Part shown: positions 25,903 to 37,495 of the stretch, piece by piece | Layout of the letters: each line of letters opens with the position of its first letter | How positions within the stretch are numbered: position 1 is the stretch's first letter | Source: Spizellomyces punctatus DAOM BR117 | Taxonomy: Eukaryota | Length of the DNA stretch: 64,000 nt | Strand: one strand, 5' to 3' | Assembly (NCBI GenBank): GCA_000182565.2 | Contig: KQ257456.1 | Position numbers and translations under genes: made by a program | Notes under the pieces: model-generated | Database searches by the model: none | What the model was told of the DNA's origin: nothing | What the model saw: the letters and a program-made list of their open reading frames with translations, nothing else

Positions 25903-26528
25903 CATCGAGTAGAACGAAGCCGGTGTGACCTGTGAATCCGAATTTCATCTCTGATACGTTACTGAACGTGGGCGGACGCTTTCATGCACCATTGATCCTC
26001 GATCGGCATTATCATCAAATATTTAGCCTGAAGCAAGCGGTTGAGTAGTAATCATTCAGTCAAATCACAAGGCCACTGGACGTTGTGTGCAAAGGCAAGC
26101 AATAGCTAGCGTTGCCATGTTCATCCTCCTGTGTACAGTTTAGGATATTGCATCCTTGCAAATAGAGAGCTTAGATATCCGTAGCGTTAGGGTTAGACTA
26201 TCGTCCAAATGCATTGTAGAAGGCGACATGATCGGGCCCATTACATAACCTGTCACATGACCTTACAATCTCGTTGCGCGAAGGACAATGCAGCAGGACT
26301 GTGACATACGGTGTGGGAAAATAGAAATGTCAGTGCCACGAAGCATTGCAGCCAGTTGAATTAACCACATTTATTGTGAACCTCACGAAGATAAACAAAA
26401 AGACGGGTCCAATACCTGCGAAATGAACGGATTGCAATTACTATCCCTTTGCAGCCATCTATGAGAGGAATATTCTGCAGATGCCACCTGCATGACGCTC
26501 CATGACTCAATCTATCCGCTCTTTTTTC

Positions 26529-26986
26529 TATATAAACCCCCGCTGTTCTTCTTCCCTCTTGTTTCTTTATCCCTCGACTCGCAAGCATCTGTGCAACTCT
26601 TCTCATCACGACTGTCGGTCGAATCATGAGAATACAGATGTGGTGGTGCCAAGGACCTCGCCCACCCGACTACAACAACATAACCCCTTGCAAACGCTGC
26701 TACTACTATATTGCTACGATTGCAGGTATGCATTATCTTTGTATTTTCCCACGCCCGTATTCCGAGTCTAATTCTGGTTTAATTAGTATCTGAACATCCA
26801 AGAATTTCGGAATCAAGGGCTTAGTAGGATTTCTCTCGTGTGGTGGGCTTAGTTACCCGTTTAGAACAACCGTAATGTATTGCATGTGTCATTGGGCCTA
26901 GTGGTACTTAGTTGTAAGGAGGGAATTACTTGGCTTTTCCGGGCTGGTTGTCGCCAGTCTATTCCCTGGTGTATTGTGTTGTGACA
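26529..26986 (+). ncRNA. Structured element, copy A (putative spliced ncRNA, micro-ORF gene or non-autonomous element)
   Basis: Colinear block homology with 54968-55496; TATA at 26529; covarying hairpins; GT-AG intron at 26726-26786. Confidence 0.55.
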
Positions 26987-27013
26987 TTTGTTATTGCCAA
27001 TACACTACACACG

Positions 27014-28146
27014 ATGCTGCCCATTCTCGTACTTCCCTTGTTGATAATAGCGCTTTCCACGGGTCCTCTCGTATACCTTCTCTTCCTATTTTCCCGTCCG
27101 ACCTCGGCATTTCGCAGTTCATTTATTCCTCTACCTCTCCGACCGCCTTTAAAGCAATTCAATCGACTCTCTGTCCTTCTTGTCACAGCCCACCCAGATG
27201 ACGAGTGCATGTTTTTCGGACCAACGATAGTGCAATTGATTGAGCATGGTGCTGAGGTTTCCGTATTATGTTTGTCTTCAGGTGTGAGAGTTGACGCACC
27301 ATGTGTGAAACTACGGCAGTACACGCTAACAAGCTGTGCTGCGTTGTAGGGAACGCGGATGGGATAGGCGCTGTACGAAAAAAGGAACTTCTGGAGAGTT
27401 GCAAAAAGTTGGGAATACATTCATCCAACGTGACTTGCTTAGACCACCCGTGAGTTCTGAGTCGTAGGAAGGCGACATGGATACAGACCATGCAGACTGC
27501 AACCGTGCTGAACATCAATTGCCGGATACATAGACAGTTGCAAGATGACCCGAAAGCTTGGTGGAAGGCATCGGTGATAGCAGAGGTCCTCGATGCACAC
27601 ATTGGAGAGCGTAAAGTAGATGTGGTGCGTGTTGCGAGGATGACATGATCTTAGGCAGCGAAAGAATTTATGGTTTTTCCAACTCCATAGGCCATCACCT
27701 TTGATAATGGAGGGATTTCAGGTCATCCAAATCATAGAGCTCTATTTGAAGGCATTCGGTGTGTTCCTGTCGTTTGCTTTCGTGGCATCGATCACATTTA
27801 CTTATATACATAACCTACCAATATCATTAGGTACTTTCTCAATCTGCCTGCGTCGTCTTCTACATCTCCGCGTCGTCAAATACCGCATTGCTATGCCCTC
27901 AAGACTGTTTCTTTGCTTCGGAAATACTTGTTCATAGGGGATCTCGGTTTGACGATTGTACCACATTTGCTGTTTCGCGCGCGGGATGGCAAGAAGAGCC
28001 ACTCGGCAGTGTTTGTAGCGACTCCTCAGCAGTTTTTTCAAGCAAGAACAGCGATGACGCGACATAAAAGCCAATTAGTCTGGTTCAGATACCTGTACAT
28101 TTTATTCTCTAGATACATGATTGTAAATGAACTGGACAGAATATAG
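27014..28146 (+). CDS. GPI12: N-acetylglucosaminyl-phosphatidylinositol de-N-acetylase (PIG-L)
   Basis: N-terminal TM segment; LLVTAHPDDECMFFGPTI, LCLSSGNADGIG, ITFDNGGISGHPNH, AMTRHKSQLVWFRYLYILFSRYMIVNEL. Confidence 0.95.
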
Positions 28147-28204
28147 TACACTGTCTTTAACATCGTCTGTTTATGATGAGTCTATGATTGTATGACGGGA
28201 GTAT

Positions 28205-29127
28205 TCACGGTCGATGGGGCTCAAGCACCGTCCAGGCTTTTGTTATTCGAGTGAAGAGCACGACATCTGAAGTAGTCCATCAGCGATTAATGCTAATATT
28301 GCCAAGACAAAAACACTCACAGGTCAGGGAAAGATCATTGAAGGTAGACTTTATATGTAACCATTCCAGCGCATCGAGTTCTTTCACTGCTTCTTGAAAA
28401 TCCTGAACTCTTTTATGTTGTACGCAGCTGGTAACAAGTGTTGCCCGTTTGGAGAAATACTGGTGGATAGAGTCTGCGATGGCAAGCGCCGAGTCCTCTG
28501 CAGCGGTCAGTTCTTTAAAGATCGATTCGTGAACTAGCTTCGCAAATGTACGGCCGTCGTCGATATAGAGAAGATTGAACTGAATGAGACATGTGCCATT
28601 AGCCAAGTTTCATTAATGCTTGGCGAGAGTGTGCTTGCCTGAAGCCAGCTCTTTATTTTCCCGCACAGATCAATCATGTCAGACAGTTCAGGTTTGAGCA
28701 ATTGCACTATCTCCACAATGCTTGCATTGCTCGGAACAGATTCAGAATGGAAATTTTCCATCTCTACATGCAATTGTTTGACAGACTCGTTCGTGTCTTC
28801 TTCCATTCCTTTCACCTCATTCTCTATACGTCGCTTCTTCGATGATGAGGGGTCCCTCTCTGACCCTGCCGTCCGTTTTGCTGGGGAGATCCGGTGGACA
28901 TGACTGATGCCCGCTGAATTAATCAAGGGAGATATTTCCATTAAATGCCGAAGATGCTTTATTTTGTGCGGAATGCCTGTATAAACAGCCTGGTGCGCCT
29001 CCTGACAAACGGGTCTGAGGAGTGTGGCGGGGGCAGTCATGGAGCAAAACTCCAAACATACCTTTCGCATATCCTCAGCGTATGAGTTAAAAAACTGTTT
29101 ATATTCCTCTGAATTGGTGACGGTCAT
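28205..29127 (-). CDS. Proteasome activator PA28/REG (PSME3-like), divergent
   Basis: IPHKIKHL; KKRR NLS-like insert; VPSNASIVEIVQLLKPEL...IKSWLQ|LNLLYIDDGRTF...ELTAAEDSA...QYFSKRATLV...VQDFQEAVKELD; last exon YVVLFTRITKAWTVLEPHRP*. Confidence 0.8.
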
Positions 29128-29862
29128 ATCTCATCTGTGAATCTCTAGAAAGATGGTTCAAGGAAAACCCTCGGAAACGACGAAGAAGAGCAGGCAACGT
29201 AAACCACCGATTGTAATAAAGCTATATATGGACTAATGATCAACGTGATTCCGCTGCTTACGTGCGCTCCCGACGTTTGAACATGTTGTTCGCTGAGAGC
29301 GAGAGGCTATGAGATTTGAACGTTGTTTCACAGTTATCTGTCGTTCAAAAAGTAGAGGCAAGTAGTTAATAGTACCCAATGGATCCATACGAAGTACTTT
29401 TATTACAATGGACCAGAATCAAAAGTCAACCTGGGTGACCTCTTGCAAGTTATGTACAGTAAGATATTCAGTACAGTAATAAAATTCTAAGAGGAAAGAG
29501 TATCCGGGCAATGCGTTAGTCGTTACTCGACAGATTCTGCTCTTCCTGTCAGTTTTCGTTATGACATAACAGACGACCCCAGTAATATGCAAATGTTAAG
29601 AGTATTAGCCAGATCTAGCTATGGGCCCCCTCAAGGCACTTTAGCTTGATGGAGGCCGTCTTCTTTGTCTACAGTTGATGCCAATTGTCCAGCATCGGGC
29701 GAAAAGCTAAACAGATGTCAAAAGCGCAGAAAGTCTTTCTTGTTCAGACGCGACGTCTGCCTCCTCGGACGTGCCAGTCGGACATTGAGTCAGTGGCTTA
29801 GACCAGACATGATCGCGTCTCTCGTCTTTCCTCACCAGCATTTGCACCATTTGTATTGGGGC

Positions 29863-32800
29863 ATGACAACAATAACAACGGCTCAAAAGCAGCTGTAGTG
29901 CGACCAATTCATTCTTCATTTATTATTGGTATCTGGCCGCATAATTACCTGGCGGCACCGGTCGCATCTTTCTTCTAACCTGCAGGTTGCATTCCGTCAT
30001 GGACATAACGTCACCTGAAAACCTCGAAGGCATACTCGAAACTGAAGGCTGCAGTGCAAAAGTTGCAGCTGCATATGATGGCATTTTGAAGGATTCTTCA
30101 GCGGTTCTGCCAAAAAATACGGAAGGTGGAGATGTCTCTTCAACTGATGTGGTTCCTCCGAAGCGACGCCCAGCTCGTACGTATGGAAGAAAGTCTGCCG
30201 AAGACACAAGAAAAACTGATGGAGAAGGCAGTGGTGATACATCCAATGCTATGGACAGCGGACTGATGCAACTGCTTGACTTGCCGATACCCATGGAGGG
30301 TATTGAAGAGACCTACGGCAAGGCGGTGGAAGGCGTGATGAACTCGCTGATACACCAAGATGGAGGGTCAGAAGAAGATGACGATGAGACAAGAACATTC
30401 CCCGCACGTATTCAGTCGTCAGATGCTGGTGTTCTACCTGAGCATACGGATCACCGCGCGCCAAGTTCGACATCTTCACCGCCAACCGCAATGCTAAACG
30501 ATGACGGCCAAACTGACGATACCGATGACAACGAGCCTGATATTCGATCATTTAGACCGCGCGGTCGTATTGGTGCGATGCGAAAAAGGATTGAAGCATC
30601 TGATAATGTCGTTCAAAATGGGGATGACGTTTCGCCAAAGTCCATCACAGCGAACAAATTGCAAATGCTGGCCGAAAAAATGCGTGCAAGGAATAATCCT
30701 TCAGATTCAGCGGCCGCGGATGTTAATGATAGCAGAACTGAAGATCGGCCCGCAAATGATGTGATTGATTCCCTCTTTGAGGATGATTCAGATAACGAGC
30801 TACCAAATGTCTCTGAAGGGATTATGCAGAGAAATTCATCAAGGAATCAGTCGCCAGAGGCCGATCAAGAGAGTGATTCTGACGTGCTCTACGACTCGGA
30901 TGGCAACGCTTTGTACGAAGAGCCTCCCAAATCCAGCTCCAAAAGACGAAGCAAACATGGGAAGGATGTGAGTGTAATGAAGCTATGGGTTGTACTCTTG
31001 ATATTTGTGTTCATCGGGTCATTACGGTATGTCAGCAATCGTCTGAAGAGCAGCTACTTGAGCTACGGAAGGAGACAGAACGGTTATTGAGAAGTACGTC
31101 TTATAAAAGTATGGAGTTGCGGAAAATCAAACTCATTCGTTTCTTGTCTCACAGGCACCATTGTTGATTTGCCTCAGAGGCAGAGCAAGCTGACGATAGG
31201 AAACTTTCTTGCTGCTCGGGGTATCAGTCGGTAATAATGGCAAATGCAATTAGCAAAAGGTTGTTCAGAATATCTCGCTGACGTTCTGTGAAGGTCTGGT
31301 ACAATGGGAACTAAGACTAGTAACTTTGAAACAACACCTTCGAATCATGACGTCGATGCGAATAGTGTACCTGAAGAATCACAATCTCATGAGCCGCCAC
31401 TCCAGGAATCGCCATCTCAAGAAAATCCGCCACCACCTGCTGCTATACAATCTGCTCCGGAAGAACATCTTCCTGAGGAAAGTCACCTACCACTACCACT
31501 ACCCAAGAGCCGAAATCCCAATCTACCACTGCCCCTCAAAGTGGACAAAATCATTTCCAAATCTAATTTGCGAAGCATCGAAGAAAATAACCGAGCAATA
31601 GCCCGTCGTCTGGTCCTGAAAGCCGACCTCAATGATGATGATGAAGGAGAAGAGGAAGACTTTTTGGAAGTTATTCAAGTGAAACAAAATGAGGGTGAGC
31701 CCGAGTCAACAGCGAGCCATAAAGTCCCCTTCGCGCAGCCGATGAGGATGAGTTCACGGGCTTTATTGAATCAGCAGTTGATTCAGCGGAATGTCCAGCA
31801 GGCCAAAAAAAGGAGGGAAGAAGAAGAAGAACAGCGGCGTCTTGCCCTTGAGGAGCGGGAGAAGCAGAAAGCGAAGAGAAAGGAGGAGCGTCGGGCAGCA
31901 TGGCTGGCAGAAAAGGCGGAGAGAGAAGGGAAGACGGATCAAATTGAAGAGGGTCAAGGAGATATCAATGCAGAGGACGATGACGTGGCTGTACTGGTAG
32001 CTGGCACGGAAGAGGATGCTAACCATCGTAGCAAGGTTCGTTTTCGTTTCCAGCTACTTTTACACTTTCCCTCTACCCTTCGGTATAATATGACCGTCCC
32101 AAATATTGCGCAATTCAGGGCGAAGACATGAGAGACCGAACCAACGAAAATGACGTAGAGACAAGTGACCGACGCCCTGCGGCACGTCGACTATTTTCCG
32201 GTGATGATGCGCGGAGACCGTTCACTGAGTTGTTTCGAGACAGGGCTGCAAGTGATTTGAGCGAGGCCGAAGCACGTAGAGACGAGACGGGTGTTCATGA
32301 TGGAGATGAGGTGAGTTGATCATCCTTACTGTTAAGTCGCAGAGTGCCCATCCTTATGTTTGCTGGTGGCGTATCGCAAACTCTTAGGACCGGGCGGACA
32401 CTGCCGACTCTCAGGTAAGGTTCCCTCATTGCAGTACCAAGAGAACACATGCTCAGGCGTCAATCTCGTGTCTAGGCTTTCCTGTTGAACGCCATGCGCG
32501 ATAATAGGCAAGAGGTCCAGAGTCAGGATATAAATCATAAAGTACATTTGAATTACAGCTACAGTTTTGATACTGCGTCACAAGAGTAAGTGACTATTTT
32601 GTTCATGACAGCACTTTCGTATGCCTCATATTAATAGTTATCTAAGGCTGTTGAATACACAAGACACCCAAGCAGTGCCGGTTGATGAATCAGAAACAGA
32701 TCCTCCACGACCGCCGGCCGTGGTCGTTCCAGCCCCCAGTCCAGCCGCACCTAAAAGGGTGGGAAGAATGAAGGGCAAAGAGGGAAAGCCTAAGGCAGGA

Positions 32801-34801
32801 AGCTTGATGTACTTCTTTGAGAAGGCGAAACAACAACCTGCATCGCTCACATTGACAGACGAGAACGACGATATGGATGCCACGTGTCCAGCAGGTGCGG
32901 GAGAATTGAGGGCCATAGGAGGGCTAGTAGGAGCGAGAGACGCATTAGATGAGAACTCAGGGTTGTTGGATATGCTGTCTGGGCAATTTGATGACGAACA
33001 CGTCCGTAATTCACAACAGGAAGCTGGAAGTGGCATGGACGAAAACGATGACGTGTTTGCAGCACTTTTGAGAGATAGTAGTGATGAAGAGGACAGTGTG
33101 GGAGTAGAGCACAAGAAAGTGGCTGCTCGCATGGTTGATGAGAGTGATAGTGACGATAGCGAGCAAAATCCGAGTGATGCAAGGGAGGAGGATCAAGAGA
33201 ACCACAACGGTGAGCATTCAACTCCCACGTCATTTTCCCAATTGCTGCATACCTCGGATCCTTTGGACGACTCCCTGCAGTCCATGAGAGATCCTCCGGA
33301 TATTGTTAGTAACCGCGCGGAATCGAGCACGACCATTATATTGGGAGCTGAAAGACAAAAGGAGAAGAGTGTCTATGTCGATGCAGAGGCCGAAGAGGAA
33401 GAAGACGAGTTTTTCGGCCTTGGCGGTGCAGATGGAGATGAGGTTGGCGAAGCTCTCGATCAGGATGATAAGGACCTGGTCGTCAGCGACGAGGAGATTT
33501 CCCAAGGGTTCCAAGAGATTTTGGATCTTCATAGGTGGGACCCTTTGTAATGCACGGGTAAAGAAGACTTATTGACAGTGGCTGTGTCAGGCAACAAGTT
33601 CAAGAAGAACATGAGAAAGAAATTACGGAGCTGTTGAACGACGTAACCACTGGCAATTTGCGAAAGCGCAAAGCAAGACGGTCAGAAAATGGTGGATTTT
33701 TAGATGACAGCGATGAGGATGATGAGCTCTTACTCGCACGGATACGAGCGAGAGGCTTTATTGAGGAGAGGGAAAGCCTTGGTGATGAAGCGAGGGGATT
33801 GGAGATGTATGGTCAGTTCAATTGTGCTGCGTTTTCACCATGCGACCGGTCACTGAAATAATCAATTCATGTGCCATGCAGCGGCGAATCCTGAGACGGC
33901 AGCCTTTGCAAGGTGCTTTCAAAGCACATGTGCCGTTAAGGAGGGCTTTTTGTCGTCGGATGAGGATCCAGAACCAGAAGGCAAGGCACCTGCGGTTGGT
34001 CTCACGAGAAAAGTACATCGAGTTAGGACCCGTGATAAGCGTGATCGGGGAGGAGAGGATAGCGACGAGGAAGATATGGATGCGGCAGTGACAACGGGCG
34101 CTAAGGTGCGTCTCTATTTTGTTTACAGTTGGAGATTACAGTCGGCGCTAATCCTTAGACAAAGCGAGCGAGGTTGGAACGATATCGCACATGGCCATTG
34201 ACTGATGAAGCAGATGACGTTGAAGAAGGACAGAGTGGAGTCAGAAGAGAGCTTTTTGGAGCCGAACTCAGCATCAGTTCTGAGAAACCAATGCAATTCG
34301 AGGAAGAGAGAATTGATGTTTTGGCACAAATGATGGAAAGAAAAAGAGCGAGAGCCATGACTAAACTTTCCCGTCAAGCATTAAGGGCGAGAAGCCCCGG
34401 AAGGGTCGAAATGGTCAGCACCAGAGATTCCATACATATCTGTGCCGTTTGGGCTCACATTTACGTCTGTGTAGATCTCGCGAACCACTGAGTCGTCCCG
34501 TATATTCATGAAGCTTTCCGCTAAAGGTGGGTCAACGACGGGGTCAGGTGCCGCGGGATCCACCTCTCCTTCCAGAAAGAAGCGGTCTGTTTCGTCCATG
34601 TCTGGATTTAATGATGGCGGCACGGCGGATGTTAGCGGGAGAAGGGGCGGAATGGGCTTCAGGGTTGGCGTTGAAAAGAACATTGAGGAGGCACCGGTTA
34701 CCAAATCGAAAGGAAAGAAGAAGCGGGGAGATATGAAGGAAGGAGCAAGCAACCAACGGTTGTTGGGACTGTTCTCCAGGGAAAGAAGCTTTAGGACTTA
34801 G
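29863..34801 (+). CDS. MRC1: Mrc1/Claspin-like replication checkpoint mediator (multi-exon)
   Basis: Highly acidic protein with the MRC1-domain signature YVDAEAEEEEDEFFGLGGADGDE...LLNDVTTGNLRKRK...LDDSDED. Exon 1 ATG at 29863 splices in frame to 29986. Confidence 0.8.
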
Positions 34802-34938
34802 CTGTCTGTACAATAAATAGACGTGTGATTGAGCATACACGCTTCTTACAGATAGCGGCAGATGCGAGAGAGCAAACATTCGTGTATATACAAATATTTT
34901 ATATTATCGACCGTAACGCCCATCTTTCCAATTAAACC

Positions 34939-35886
34939 CTACAAGAGTGTCTCCCCCAGCGCTGTTCGCGTCAAAGAGCACCCGATCTGAATGGTTTGAA
35001 GGACGTACGCCTGATCACCCAAAAGAGGATTGACTTCCATAATATCCACCGCAACCAGGTTTCCTGTTTCGTATACCGCCTCGCAGATGAAATGTCCTTC
35101 TCTAAACGTCAGTCCACCGCGGACAGGCGTTCCCGTTGCAGGTGCAACGCTTGGGTCCAGCGCGTCGACATCAAATGACAGGTGAACGGGCTTGTCGCGA
35201 CCAAGGTAGTCTAATGCCATTTCAACGACTTTGCCGATGCCGTATTTGTCAACCTCGTGCATGCTGAACGCTTTGATGTTGTTATCCTTTAATATTTTCT
35301 TTTCTGGTACATCAACATCTCGAAGCCCAATATATACAATTCTGTTTGTTGGCAGACAGGGTGACAGCCATTCAAATGACGGGATATTTCGTGCGCCGGG
35401 TAGCCCCATTAGGAAGGAGACTGGACAACCATGGAGGTTACCAGTTTCGGTCGTTTCAGGAGTGTTGATGTCCGCGTGTGCATCGACCCAAATGACACCA
35501 ACATCTGGGTATACGGCAGCACTTCCACTAATAGTTCCCATCGCCAGGGAATGATCGCCGCCCAGCGTCAGAGCAAGATGACCTTTTGCAACGAGCGATT
35601 TTACAGAGTCTGACACGGATTTGGTGACCGCGGAGACATATCGTGCATTTTTCAGCTTCCCTATATCTTGATCGGATGGTGGACGGAGGTGCTCGTATGT
35701 AGGAAACTTTTCATCGATATCAACATTCCAACCAAGGGAAGACAGTTGAGACGGGAGCCCAAACTCCACGAGACGCGCAGGACCTTGTTCAACTCCTCCG
35801 CGTGGTTGTCCACCCGAGAATGCTGCTCCTACTATACCGACCGTGTAGGGGGCTTTCAAAAACTTGTGGTGGGTCATGTCCGCCAT
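34939..35886 (-). CDS. CAR1: Arginase (intronless)
   Basis: GGDHS, WVDAHADINTP, GNLHGCP, SFDVDALDP, GTPVRGGLT, EVNP. Confidence 0.97.
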   Translation of the reverse strand: MADMTHHKFLKAPYTVGIVGAAFSGGQPRGGVEQGPARLVEFGLPSQLSSLGWNVDIDEKFPTYEHLRPPSDQDIGKLKNARYVSAVTKSVSDSVKSLVAKGHLALTLGGDHSLAMGTISGSAAVYPDVGVIWVDAHADINTPETTETGNLHGCPVSFLMGLPGARNIPSFEWLSPCLPTNRIVYIGLRDVDVPEKKILKDNNIKAFSMHEVDKYGIGKVVEMALDYLGRDKPVHLSFDVDALDPSVAPATGTPVRGGLTFREGHFICEAVYETGNLVAVDIMEVNPLLGDQAYVLQTIQIGCSLTRTALGETLL

Positions 35887-36099
35887 ATTCTCTATTGCGT
35901 GTGAGATATTTTTCGTAAGATGATGTTGGTCCAGATGCTGTTTGTGAAGGGTATGGAAGGCCCGACTTTGGAGGTCCTTTTATCTGCACTGGAGCGTTAC
36001 GTAAGCTATATCCCGTCATTCCAAATTGAGCCAGTTCCCGTGACGGGCGCAGCCAAAGATGAGCTCTTTGCAGGCTGGACGTGTTTGTAGCATCGGGAA

Positions 36100-37272
36100 A
36101 TGCAACGAGCGATATCTCGGCTGACCAGCCTTCGGGGCCAGTTGACCACACCCGTGGCCGTTAGTTACTCATCCTGCCGGACCTTCTCCGGGATTCCGAA
36201 ATCGGAGACCAACTCCCAAAGCGTGGCATGTCTTATTATTGGAGATGAAATCCTCAACGGGAAAACCCACGATACCAACTCAAACTATCTGGGTTCGTAT
36301 TCAAGCACAATCACTTTCAGGAGGTCTCATTGCAATGCTAATTTTGAGGCTTATTATCCTCTAAAGCAAAGAAATGCTTTGACTTTGGACTTGACCTCCG
36401 ACGCATCCAAGTGGTGCCCGATGTGGAGCAAGATATTATAGAGTCGGTGAGAGAGCTATCTCGGCAATACCACTGGGTTTTTACAAGCGGCGGGATAGGG
36501 TACGCGGTATGATCATGTCTTGGCAGATTGTTCTATTCGTTTGCGTCTCAGCGAAATACCAAACTCAGTTCTCCGCGTTATTAGGCCAACTCACGATGAT
36601 ATCACGTATCAATCGATCGCAAAGGCATTCGATTTACCACTCGCTTATCACGAGCCAACTCTCGAAAAGATGAGAATGATAATGCCGCTTACCTTGGTAG
36701 ATGGTAAGAGTCGAACAAATCCGGCCCCCTTGGTGATGACCGAAGCCAGGAAGCGCATGGCGCTACTCCCAGTAGACCCTAATGGCGAGGAAAGGACAAG
36801 AGTAGTGTTTCCGTCAACGCAGTTGTGGGTTCCTCTGGTGATTGTAAATCAAAACGTTCATATTCTCCCTGGTAGGAATCACAGGTTGCGCCAGTCCATG
36901 AGACTGTCAAGCTAACAAGGACACTCTGTAGGCGTTCCAAAGCTATTCCGCGTCCTGATTGATCGGTATTTTGAAACACACGTACGGCCAACATTGTCCT
37001 TGCCAAGCTACTCTCGTGTGCTCATCGGAACAAGCCTATTTGAGGGCGACATCGCCCCTATTCTAACTGATATCCAGGAAAAAGTGCAGTTGGAAGGAAT
37101 TAAGATAGGCTCATATCCGCGGTGGAGACCAGGCGGTGTTCGCGTCGATGAGGGGAATGTCAGAGTGGTAGTCTCGCTGCTGGGTCGTGACAAGGAGGCC
37201 TTGGATAAGTGGGGAAAAGTCGTTGCTCAAAAGATTCAAGGAGTTTACGTAGAAAATATAGATACTGAATAG
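36100..37272 (+). CDS. Molybdopterin-binding (MoCF_biosynth/CinA-like) domain protein, probable mitochondrial presequence
   Basis: LIIGDEILNGKTHDTNS, TSGGIG|PTHDDITY, NVHILPG|VP, KIGSYP. Confidence 0.88.
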
Positions 37273-37495
37273 TATGGATACGTCTTTTGTATTGCCGCAA
37301 AATTGGTTCTTTCAACGCATTCTTTGATATTGCTTGGACTACTGTACTGTACTTTCTGAGATTCATGCATTCGAACGGTTCAAATGGTTTCATATTGCCG
37401 TTCTGGCAAAATGGTCGATCCCATCTCCCCCCGCTCTTCCGGCCATTCCTTGTCGCCATCATCTTTGAACCCATCCGCGCAAGACTTTTGCCAAA

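Noticed and set aside
26585-26670. TPP riboswitch, SECIS or HDV-like ribozyme as the identity of the structured element
   Set aside because: UGAGA is present, but the TPP P4/P5 core, the SECIS quartet geometry and the HDV nested pseudoknot could not be built in both copies.
26947-26956. tRNA-Ser-like 3' end or primer-binding site (gttgtcgcca)
   Set aside because: The CCA is not kept in copy B (ccg), and the change is explained by hairpin covariation.
26251-26986. Canonical solo LTR (TGTCACA...TGTGACA)
   Set aside because: The flanks (taacc / tttgt) form no target-site duplication, and copy B has no equivalent upstream region. Not fully excluded.
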